Source: Chrysomallon squamiferum (lineage: Eukaryota; Animalia; Mollusca). From it: a stretch of 64,000 nucleotides of DNA. Under the pieces are notes generated by a model, which made no database searches, was not told the DNA's origin, and saw only the letters and a program-made list of their open reading frames with translations. Each line of letters opens with the position of its first letter. Positions within the stretch are counted from its first letter, which is position 1. Location of the stretch: the NCBI GenBank assembly GCA_012295275.1, contig CM022674.1, forward strand, positions 6,324,001 through 6,388,000. The letters run 5' to 3'. A program made the position numbers and the translations under genes. Of this stretch, positions 31,395 to 44,242 are shown one piece after another.

Positions 31395-32089
31395 TCATTT
31401 TAATTAATTATTTATTTATTTATTTATTTATTCAGCTTGTTCAAATTATTTTCGGCTGACATAGTATCTTTAAAATATGATCCGAATGCTGCAGTAGTAG
31501 ATGCAGCAGCATCCCGATCAACGTGTTAGACGTGGCATTATAATAAAAAGACAAGTCGCCATCAACTGTTAAAACAATACGCTGTGGTAGTCGTTGTAAC
31601 AGCAATCGAAGCCGTCGTTGATGTAACATCATAAGTAAATGTTAATATACACCATAATCGTTGTAGTATCTAAATAGCAGTTATAGCAGTTATAGTAGTG
31701 GTAGTAGTTGTAGTGTAGTGGTATGTAGTAGTTGTAGAAGTGGCAGTGGTGGTTTTATTATAGTAGTAACAGTAGTAACAGCAGCAGTAGCAGTAGTGCT
31801 AGAGGGAATAGTTAGTAATGGTAGCAGTTGTAGAAGCTGTAGTAATAGCAGTAGTAGTAGCTGTTGTTACAGTGTTAAAAGTAGCAATTGCAGAAACAGT
31901 AAAACATCCGTGGATACTTCACAGACACGATGTTTTGCGGTAGGTACACTAACAACATCGTTGCAAATGCATTAGGCGCAGTCATCGACGTTGTCGTCGC
32001 AACAACCGTAACAGCGTTAACAGCAGCACAGTACATAAACATTCACACACACAAAAAAAAAAACCTCTTTGTTTCGTAATCTCTACTAA

Positions 32090-32509
32090 CTCTGCCGCTT
32101 GGTTGTGGCAAGATCTGTGAAAACCTCGGACTGATTTCTTACTGGTCGTCTTTGCTCGCTCGCAATCTTTCTGGTTGGAGAATAACGAGTTGTTTTTGCC
32201 TCAATAAATTTCGCCTTCGACTATGTGTGTGTGTGTGTGTGTGTGTCTGTGTCTCTCTCTGTGTGTGTGTGTGTGTGTTGGGGTTTTTTTTCTCTCCCTA
32301 TCCGCTACAGTCCAAGTTCAAAGCTTTATCGATCCTCGATATACTAGCAGAGCTGGCGAGAGAGAGAGAGAGAGAGCGCGTGCTCGACATGGATTCGCAC
32401 AACAAGTTGGGATATCGTAGGGTGCTTTGTTGTCGCCGTACACAAGGATAGCGTATTAATTCGAGAGTGATGTCACAGCACAGTTTAAGTCTTCGGCAAG
32501 TTACTTAAC
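32090..32509 (+). other. Candidate non-coding (5' UTR) exon
   Basis: CpG-rich block ending at a consensus donor AAC|GTAAGT (GT at 32510), followed by AT-rich intron-like sequence. The 5' end is approximate. Confidence 0.3.
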
Positions 32510-32602
32510 GTAAGTTTATTTTTTTATTATTATTATTATTATTAAAAAAAAAAAAAAAAAAAAAATTATATTAATTTTGCTTGTGTGTGTTTTGTTTCTG
32601 GT

Positions 32603-32638
<36 letters not shown>

Positions 32639-33365
32639 AAAAGAAAAAAAATAAGGTAAAATAACCGTCACTTTAAATTAACATTTTTAAAATTTGTTTT
32701 TATTTATTTATGTAGATAGATCAGTGTTATTGTTATTGGTTTGGTTATAAATATCTTACTGATGCCTAGCTGAAATATTATATATATATATATGTAATGA
32801 ATTATAATATGATATACAAAAAAAATGTCTAGATTCTATCAGATTGTTTATTTCTCTCACCGATAAAGAAATATTAATTTTAAAGAAATTGTAATAAACG
32901 AAAAATACGACATAAATATGGAGTCAGATATCTGATCTTATCGAAGAGCCAAATTAAGTGTTAAAAAAAATCAACACAAAAGCAACAACAACAACCAAAA
33001 CAAAGAGCAACAATAACAAAAATAACCTTCACATTTACGTAAACAGCGACATGAAATTATTAGAAGCGTAGACGAGGTAAAAAAAAAAAAAAAAAAAATG
33101 AGAAATAAGTGAGCGGCACCATTATTGTGATTGTTCCTGTCACCGGAATAATAAAGACTAATTTCAGTTTAAAAAAAAATATATTAAACAACGGATGCGA
33201 CAACGGCGACAAACTGAAGTGCAAAGTGGCAACGCCCGTGCTTCAAAACCAAGGCTTGCTGCAGCAACAGCAGCAACAACAACAACAACAACCTGGATGA
33301 CCGCGTTTCTGGATTCATCGCTCTGGATCAGCGATTGTTCTGAAGTTGTGTTAGTTTGGTCTTTT

Positions 33366-33642
33366 AAATTCTTGGAATCAAGTTGGTGGTTTTTGGGGGG
33401 TTGTTTTTTTCAATTCTTGGAATCACGTCTGGGTTGGTTTGTTTGATGTTGTTGTTTTTTGTTTTTATTTCTTGGAATCACGTCTGGGTATGTTTCTGTT
33501 TTTTATTTATTTTTTTTTTTTTTTAAATTCTTGGGATCACGTCTGGGTTTGTTGGTTTGGGGTGTTTTAATTCTTGGAATCACGTCTGGGTTTGTTGGTT
33601 TTGGGTTTGGTTTTTTTTTAATTCTTGGAATGAAGTGTGGTT
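33366..33642. repeat. Six-copy array of a ~22-bp motif AATTCTTGGAATCACGTCTGGG with variable T/G-rich spacers
   Basis: TTCTTGGAA at 33369, 33414, 33469, 33571 and 33622; TTCTTGGGA at 33528. Confidence 0.9.
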
Positions 33643-35145
33643 TGTTTTAATTTGTTAAGTAAGTGTAAGAGTTCTTTACGAATGACTTACTCAGTTCAGT
33701 GTGATCAGTGAACTGCGGCGGGCATCCAGCCCAGTGAAGCGAAACAGAATTTTTTAATTTGACGTCAAAATCTCCATTTTACAGAGTTCAGTTTGAAATT
33801 AACTTTTCCGTGTAATTAGGATTATCTGTCTCTTTATCCAGCCGTCTGTTGAAACATTACATGTATAGTGATATAATGTGTGCGCGTATGTTTGTATTTG
33901 TGTATATATATATATATGTATGTATGTATAAAACACACACACACACGCACACGCACTCACACAAATATATAAAGAGACAGAGAAGGGGAAAGGACAGAAA
34001 AATAGTCGTCACTATATAATTAAATATTACTTAAAACATACATGTATTTATATATATGTATGTATACACACACATACACACACACATATATAATTACACA
34101 CATTTATGCATACATACATACATACATACATACATACTCTAGAGTCTAGACAAATGCACACATAGATATATCCATTCACTTACACTAGGTAAACATTATT
34201 AAATCATAACGTTTTTATCTTCATTGTTTTAAAAACTACTTCAGAAATACCAGTTACCGAGCCTCACAACTGTATAACTTTGACAGTATTTCATGTTTCA
34301 TAATATTTAGTTTCTCTGTTACTCATAGTTAGCAGATGATTTTTCCTTTTCTAATGAAGCTGTTTTACTTACTGTATTTTAGTACTTACATACACCAGTT
34401 TTTAAAGGGCCGATGAAATATTTTTTACTTATTTTACATTTGCACGCAGCAAAACACATTACAAAGACTGTTTTTCTAGAACTTCCATTTTAAACAGTTA
34501 AACTCTTGTTTCGAATTATTGGACATGATTGTAAAAATATAAGAAGAATGAATGAATGAATGAACGAATGAATGAAAATAAATAAATAAATAAATAAATA
34601 AATAAGTAAGTAAGTAAATAAATAAAAAATAAATAAAAAATAAAAATAAATAAAAATAAAATAAAAAATAAAATAAAACGAAACGAAATAAAATAAAATA
34701 AATAAGAGAACTTCATGAATTATGCATGTCTCAGATTTTCTTAATTTAATTTCCAGATTATCTCTCTTCGACTATTATAACGTAAATTACTTTTTTACTT
34801 ATTTTTTTTTTTTTTTTCGTATTATCGACAACTACATTATAAATGAAATCAGAATATGATTTTCCTCCACGCTTCTGCTCAAATTGCTTGTGGTTACCAA
34901 GTCGTAAACTTCTTTTTGACGTACGTTTCTGCTCATTGTGCTTCGTTGCTCGTATTTTATGACTGCTGGGTTAATAAGCTAGAAAAGCTGTTTTGATTTT
35001 TATGAGAAGGATTTGCGGCAGGGAAAAAAAACAATATCCATAGAATAGTTATTTATTAATAATGGATAAACATTAGGAGCTGAAAGGATGTTATGATTTC
35101 AAGAGGTGTTTTTTTTTCTGAATTCTTTGAATGAATTTATATCTA

Positions 35146-35324
<179 letters not shown>

Positions 35325-37255
35325 TTAAACATAAATTATTCTGCCAAACATAAAGACAGTGATTGAATGAACGAATGAAGAACGTTAAAATGGATGAAGT
35401 CAAAGGAGAGAATGAATGAATGAAAGGACGAATAAAATAATTAGCAAAACAAATTATTAACCGATGTGTCGACAAATAATGGATGGACGAACGACTGGAT
35501 AAACAAACGAATGAAGTAGCTAATTAATGGATGAATGACCTGTAATGGATTCTTGAATGAATGGATAATGAATGGATCTCTCTAAGAATTATTAGGAAAA
35601 TTTAACACAAGCAGAAAAATACTAAATCATGTTTAACACGAAATACTTAATAAATAAAAGTGGATGCACAGTAAATAAACATCACATTTCATTCATGTTA
35701 TAATAATCTGCAATATTTCTGCCTAGACTCTTTTTTTTTTTCAATAATTTATTAGTTTAATACAGTTAATTAAATAATATGAACGGATTCTATATATTTC
35801 CGTTAAACTCATTTTCTAGAATACGATCGTTTCAGTTCGTCTTAAGTGTGATAAACAGTGTGATATATTCACTGACTCTTGCTACTAAGTTGATGGATCG
35901 CTTTAATAACAAACGCATATATATATATCTTAGAGAGTACGCCACTTCATGTTTTGCTACCGTGGCATTAGGAGGACTGCCACTCTGTCAAGATTGCATG
36001 AAGCACGTACTCTGTGTCGCAGGCCCAGTTTTCTTGTCAAGTTGAAAAAGTATTTATTGTATTCAGGATCAGAACAAGTGCGCGTGATTTGTCACAAACT
36101 GTCAGACTCCTTCGTACAATCTTTTTCTTTCTTTTCGTTTCTGTCTTTTTCTCCTTTTTCTGTTGTTTTTTCTTTTATTTAACATTGAAAATGAAGAACT
36201 TTAATGAACAATGATTAAAAACTATCGATTTGCGACACTGTGACATTGCTGTCAACCACCACAGCGACAGCTGTGATTAAAACGACGACAACGACAAATA
36301 AGATTTGGCTATAACTTTTAGTACCTTCATGACAAGAAAGATGACGATTATCTGACGATTGCAACGATGACAACATCAACAACAACAACGACGATTTTCA
36401 CTAATACAACCACAACGAATTTTACTGCTACAACGACAACGATTTTTACTACTACAACCACAACTGGTTCCATCCATGTTTTACATAACAGTGTATTATT
36501 GAAACCTTTGACGCAGCAATAACAACAGATGTAACACAAACTGCTGTCAGGCACAATACAAACACTTCACAGTTACTCAAGTGGGCTTCGTATCATCAAA
36601 ACGTGATTACAGTCTGTTCGTAATTATCATCTTGTAATCATTTAGATAATTGTTTTTGTAGGCCATTATACAGAAAAAGTTGATGATTTCAAAAAAAAGT
36701 AACGTACAATAATAACAGTGTTCACTGAAAACTGACTTTAATTTTATGCATGATACAGATTTGTGATATAAATAAAGATTATATGTGTATTTTACTAAAA
36801 ACTAAAGTAATATATGTAAGCTTCATTTTTATTCATGGCAGGTAAGCCACATGATAGTATAATGGATATTTATCTTGTCTACGTCAGAAAGAATGACGTT
36901 AGAGATTGTATACACAGTAAACAGGTTAGATGTACAGTTAAGCATTATGTACTCAGAATATATTTCAAAATCCGTTCATGTTATAATGAAACCAATTAGA
37001 AATTGTTTATTCTACTTCGGGTTCGATGACTGATCAGAATTAAGCACTGTATAATAGTTGTGAGTGTGGGGGGTGTTTAAACAAAATCAACAAATTGTGT
37101 AATAATAGAAGTCAGTTCGTTTTCAATTCAAACAAATATCAAACAGTTTTTTTTTTTTAATCTACGTCTGTGTTGTATATTTTACATTCATGTGTATCTA
37201 GCATCAAGCAGCCGTTGATAACGAAATTATCATTAAACTAATATTTACTGATAAC

Positions 37256-37769
37256 TTCATGGAAGACAGAGATATTGCGATAAAAAAATGGGAATATTCT
37301 AAACTTCATTCGCATATCGGTTTTTATAGTTCACATCTGCCTGAATGCTTTCAGACTGATAATTTCCTTTTAAGGGTTAAGTTTATTTCAACTTTCTTGA
37401 TCATGCAGTAGTGCATTAAAAAAAAAGCAACCGGATACTGTAATCAAGATATCTTCAGTTTTTCTTAACATATTTTCAATCTGATTACCCAAAAATTCTT
37501 TGCTGTACTAGACTGACCTAATTTTGATCACTTAGCAAAAAGTACCTTAATAAGCTTTCAAGAGTATTCCTGTACATGGACATTTCTAGAAGGAATCTTC
37601 TTCCATAGCGGAGACAGTCTGACAGCCACACACAATCTGCTCCTTTCAGCAGAAGACAAGAAAATATGCTTTAATAATTTAAAATGAGAGAGAAAATTTC
37701 TTGAGGCATTTTCTAATTAGAAAAAAAAAAATACAATAAAAAAAAAATCGTTATGCCGTCTTCCATGAA
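37256..37769. mobile_element. Possible MITE/non-autonomous DNA transposon remnant
   Basis: Perfect 12-bp inverted repeat TTCATGGAAGAC (37256-37267) / GTCTTCCATGAA (37758-37769) around ~490 bp of repeat-free DNA. No TSD identified. Confidence 0.3.
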
Positions 37770-37810
37770 ATATTTCGCTGTTATTAAATCCATTATTAAA
37801 CAAATATTAG

Positions 37811-37861
<51 letters not shown>

Positions 37862-38299
37862 CATGTACAGAATTTGGTACTGAACTGCTTGCCCCTGATT
37901 AAATTTGTTCAAGAGTTACAGCGACTGTACAGATATTTAACACACTGCAAAACAAGCAGACGCCATTTTTAAAATGAAGCGTGAAAAGGGAATAGTTACC
38001 AGTCTGCAGTGTCCACTAACTGCTTCGGACACTTCGGACATCAAACTACTCTGTGAATCTGTTCATAAATTTGGTGCCTAAATTCGGCTGTCGCATGTTC
38101 GCTGTTACTACTACGGCCGTTAGAAGGTGCATGTTGCTGCTGTTACAACAAAACGACGATATTTTCTGCTATTTGAACCATAACTGCTTGCAGTGTTTCA
38201 GCATTCGTTACAATGACTACGGCAGCGAAACACAAAATGCACCAGTATCAATGAACCAGGTTTTATTCGTAAAAAGAAATTAGTATCAGAACTGAACCA

Positions 38300-38388
<89 letters not shown>

Positions 38389-39317
38389 AACAATAACAAT
38401 AATAAGAATAAGAATAAAAATAATAATAATAATAATGACTAATAATAAAAACAATGCTTAATAATAATAATAATAACAACAACAACAACAACAATAATAA
38501 TAATAATACTACTACTAATAATAATAATAATAATAATGACTAATAATAAAAATAATGCTGAATAATAATAATAATAGTAATGACTAATAATAAAAATAAT
38601 GATCAACAACGGTTACAAATTACAATTTTAAATTCAGTTCGCCTGGTGCAAGTTTAAGAATGACACTTTTCGTGGGCGCCGACATAAAATATCGAGACAT
38701 TTCCATTTCTCGTGTCAAACCTGAAGACGCAGCAGGCAAAAGTACACCGTGTTTAATCTACACGTCTGACTTTTAAAAACTAAGAAAACAGAAAGAAAAG
38801 AAAAAAAAAGCTGTTTAAAGGAGAATTCGAGAAGAAAAAATAAATCAAAAGAAAGATGAAACAGATGTTAAGTAAAATCTTTCCTGCGAAATGCGGATAA
38901 AGAGATATTTGATGTCATAGAAAAATGTTCATCTTTCTTTATTTTGATCTTGCGAAATTTTGCATCTGTTTTATTTATTTTTTTATTTTATTTTATGTTT
39001 TTCCTATAAGTAAGCTTTTTGTGTTAATGTGTGCATACATGTATAAGCTGTATGTACGTATTTATATGTATAATCTCTGTATGTATGTACGAATATGTAT
39101 GCATGTATGTATATATATATGTATGTATGGATGGATGGATGTTTTAATTTATGTATGTATGTTTGAATGTATGTATGTATGTATGTATGTATGTATGTAT
39201 AGGTATGTATGTATGTATGTATGTATGTATGTATGTATGTATGTATGTATGTATGTATGTATGTCCATACGTATCTCTATCTTTCTTTCAAATAAGTATT
39301 AAGTATGCATGTGTGTA

Positions 39318-39413
<96 letters not shown>

Positions 39414-40051
39414 ACAGATATTTAAGTTTTAAACACACTCGTTAACACACGATTAGACACCAGACAAAGACATCATCTGCGAATACAAAAACATAAACGT
39501 TACCGTAACAAAATAATGTCACACAGAGAAAATGACCAGACAGAATTAATCTGAGAGAATTCTTTTTTTTTTTTTTCAATCATTAACTTTACCCCCCCGT
39601 ACCTAAACACCCTCCCCATGTCTCATTCCCACCCACTCTCCCCCTCCCGCTGCGTTGATTTAAAATTCAGGTGAAGTACATGGTTAGGTTTAGGAAACGA
39701 GAACGAAAGCAAATGAAAGACACCACGCGAAGAAAAAGTAGCAGCAGGTCAAGTTAATTTTATCATTAAACAAGCGCAAACGAAAATAAGTGTGGATTGA
39801 GACCTCCGAGTAGGTTTTCACATCAGAGTAAATTGAAATATATTCATCAGTGCAGATCCGGGTTATTTTAATGTAGGTGACGTCGTTTTTTAGATTGACT
39901 GCCACATAACTAATTTGTCTCTTTTTTTTTTTTTTGTTTTTTTTTTAATGATGTTGATGATAATGATATGATATTGTTTTCATACTGGGTATAATGATAA
40001 TGAAGATCAGATGGTATTAGTAAAATCAGTTTTGATAGCTAACGTTTTCAA

Positions 40052-40117
<66 letters not shown>

Positions 40118-40132
40118 TAATAATAATAATAA

Positions 40133-40175
<43 letters not shown>

Positions 40176-41133
40176 GTAAATAAATAAATCATAATAATAA
40201 TAATAATCGAAAAATCGTACCAGTAGTTAAATATATATATATATATATATTAGTAGTAGTACTAGTAGCAGTAATGGTGGTGGTAGTTGTTGCTGATGGT
40301 AGTAGTAGCAGCACTAGTAGTAGTGGTGGTGATTGTAGTAATGGTAACAGTAGTAGTAGCAGTAGCAGCAGTAGTAATTTCAACACAAACAGTAAGAATA
40401 ATTGAAATTCTCTTCCTGGTGGTTTAAGTTATACTATTTACAGTAATTATAACAGTAGTAGCAGAATTTGATTTATAGATATTATTAAATCAATTTAATC
40501 AATAATCAATTTACGTATAATTTTCCGTATGTTTGTTTATCTGTTTCTAAGTATCCATATATCTGCTTGTCTGTGTGTTTGTACACTCTTCTACATTTAT
40601 TTCCTTCTTTCTTTCTTTCCTTTTTTCCTTCTTACTTTCTTTGTTCAAGACAAGTGAATATATAAAGGTCACGGAAAATAAGTAACGACAAACATGTTCA
40701 GTTTCACAAGAAATTCCCCATTAAAAATATTTCTTTCCGGGGTAAGTAATTATTGAACTATTTTCATTTACTGTTGTATTGAATTTTTTTTTTACCTCCA
40801 TTATTGTCGTCGTAATTGCAAGAAGATCAGGTGTGAGCTAGTTTTCTTAATATTCCAAATTTTGTTATTAATGTAATCGAATTTATATTATATATTGTCC
40901 CGGAAAAGGTTCTAGATTTGTCAGTGAGTTTTTGACGACAAAAAACCATGTAACAACAACAACAACAACAACAACAGTAATAATAATAATGTTAAAACAA
41001 AAACAATAACAACATTAACAGTAATAATGATAATAATAGTAACAAAACAAAAAAAAAATAAACAAAAAACAACAGCAACAACTGCGACAACATCAAAACC
41101 AGGTAACTACGTATCTCTCTACAAATATATGCG

Positions 41134-41218
<85 letters not shown>

Positions 41219-41370
41219 TTGTGTGTGTGTGTGTGTGTTAGTATTTGTTAATATTTGTATAGAGAGGTGTAAGTTTGTATAGCAGAAAAAGACAAAAAAG
41301 ACAGAACGACAAAATATATACACACATAAAACACACACCCAGACACATACAAACTATATAAATACATATA

Positions 41371-41402
<32 letters not shown>

Positions 41403-41472
41403 CATATATACATATATATACATACATACATACATACATAATAAGTACATAAATAAATACTTACGCATACGC

Positions 41473-41509
<37 letters not shown>

Positions 41510-42999
41510 TTCATATATAAACACATATCCATCCATCCATCCAAATGTCCACACATATCAAGATCATCATTTAAAAGAGAAAACGATGCAGATTAAAATC
41601 AGTGTTTATCCTCCTAGGCAGATCGTGACTCGCTGTAAAGGTTTCTGAACAAATAGGTTCTGCTGTTTAGTATGATTGCCTCTTTGATTAGTATCTGACA
41701 ACGTGGGCAAACACTGGCGTTGTGCTTGACGATGTTTGTCTGTCGGTGTGCAACCGAAGTCGTTGTGTTCATTTCTCCTCGACAGCGGAGAGAAAAACAA
41801 ATTCCTCGACACAGAAGCACAGTGGGTCGTTTCTGTTTGATCTGGAACCGCTAGATCAATCAGCGAGAATAAAGTAAACAGTTCTCCGTCAATAATCTCG
41901 TCGTTGAGAAACGCAGACACGGCTCAAAAACACGATATATCGATGAAAAGCTCCGATAATTTGCGTTCGGTTAGCAGCGATAGGTGTATCCTTCCGCGGA
42001 CAAGAGCAAATAGTTCCAGCGTGAGAAGGGGCGGTGAGTGATACATTATTATTTGTCGAAACGATCCTCTTCAAATGATTTTTTTTTTTTTTTTTCGCAA
42101 ATTGCTCTCTCGAAAACGTTGGCCGGTTTCTCTCTAGAGAGAGGATTGGTAAGTTTGCGCGATTTGAGTACGATTAAGGGTACAGATGGTTGGTTGTAAT
42201 TGGGATTACGAGGGATTAGTATTAGCAGGGATTTAAGCGAATTCGGGAAAGAGTGGTTTAATACAGACGAGATGCAATTAAACATTTATCACTTTAGTTC
42301 ATTCGGCTTTTGTCATAAAGACAGAGCGATGGAAGAGAAATGGAAAGTAAGAGGGATAAAAGAAAGAGAAAGAGAACAAAGATTAATTAGGTGGGGAATG
42401 GAGGAGGTGAGAGAAAGAAAGAGAGAGGAATGGAGGGAGGGAGGGAAGAGAGGCTGGAGTGAAAGAGAGTGATGGAGAGAGAATGAGAGAGAAATGGAGA
42501 GACAAAGAAAAAAGAAAGAATCAGAACGAGAGGGAATTATATATATATATATATACACACACACACAAACACACACATACATTTTTGTGTTTGTATCTGT
42601 GTAAGTGTGTATTTGTATATGTATGTATGTATGTCTGCGTATGGGTGGGTGTACGTGTGTATTATCTTCTAACAAGCTTTATTTCAAAGCTATAACTGCA
42701 GCGTTCATTAACACAAAAATCGTCTCTTCAGTTTCTCCCACAATTCCTTCTTCCCGGATATTACGTAATTTACACGACAGTGCTTACAGCTGTGGGATGC
42801 GGATTATATGGACGTTATAAAACAAAAGAAGCTTTGTTTAAAAGCCCATTTACAAGCAACATGCGTTGATTATACGTTCCAATTAGGCTGGTACAGAGTA
42901 ATGGTTGAATTTCTATTAAAGTTAACGATCTAAACTCTTTGTATTGTCATTTCTCTCGTAAAATGCAAATTGAAGCATTTGCTAGTAAATCAATTTAGC

Positions 43000-43945
43000 G
43001 TATAAAAAAAAATTTGATGTGAAACAAACATGACGTACACAGTCTTGGTTATAAAACAGTATAATATAATATCAAAAAAAATCTGGATGCAAAACAACAT
43101 GATGCATGAAAATATGATGTAAAACATTATGACGAAATAAAACGTGATATAAAACAGTATGAAGTATAAATAAAACTGGATGCGAAACAACAAGACACAT
43201 GAAAAAAATGATGTAAAAAAATTATGATCTATAAAAACTTGCGACATATAAAAACTTTATGTAAAACAACGCGAGATATAAAAACTTGATGTAAAACAAC
43301 GCGACATATAAAAACGATGTAAAACAACGCGACATATAAAAAAATGATGTAAAAAATTATGATCTATAAACACTTCCGACATATAAAAACGTGATGTAAA
43401 ACAATGCGACATATAAAAACGTGATGTAAAACAGCGCGACATATAAAAACTTTATGTAAAACAATGCGACATATAAAAACGTGATGTAAAACAACGCGAC
43501 ATATAAAAACTCGATGTAAAACACTGTGACATATAAAAACTCGATGTAAAACACTGTGACATATAAAAACTCGATGTAAAACACTGTGACATATAAAAAC
43601 TCGATGTAAAACAACGCGACATATAAAAACTTGATGTCAAACAACGCGACATATAAAAACTTGATGACGTGTGAAGACAGCGTAAAGCATGACGCAAGTA
43701 AATGTTTTCAATGTAAACACTATGACGTTTTTAAAACATAATGTAAAACAAACTGACCTGTCAAAAATTGATGTGAAACAATACATTATGTCATTTAAAA
43801 ATCGATGCAAAAGAATATGACGTTTTTAAAACTTGATGTAAAACAAATTGACGTATCAAAAGTTGATGTAAAACAATACATTATGTCATTTAAAACTCGA
43901 TGCAAAAGAATATGACGTTTTTAAAACTTGATGTAAAACAAAATA
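43000..43945. repeat. 30-bp minisatellite (GACATATAAAAACKYGATGTAAAACAMYGY) with flanking higher-order units
   Basis: Regular 30-bp units at ~43240-43665. A 95-bp unit starts at 43721, 43816 and 43911. Confidence 0.9.
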
Positions 43946-44170
43946 ACATTTACTATTCAATCACCTTTACCATTTTTTTTTTTTTTTTTTTGGTTTTTTT
44001 GGTTTTTTTCTTTTTCTTTCCTTTTTAGTTGTGGTGGTCGTTGTTTTTCTTCTTCTTTTATTTATCATCATCATGACCAACTTCCTATCATCATCATCGT
44101 CGTCGTCGTCGTCATTATTCTCTTTATAGTTATTGTCATTATTATTATTATTACTAATATTATTATTATT

Positions 44171-44242
<72 letters not shown>

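Noticed and set aside
33109-33300. Poly-Q ORF
   Set aside because: A short (CAG/CAA)n microsatellite with a GTG start and no supporting exon structure.
33366-33642. CRISPR-like repeat/spacer appearance
   Set aside because: Eukaryotic context, low-complexity and mutually related T/G spacers of uneven length, and no cas genes.
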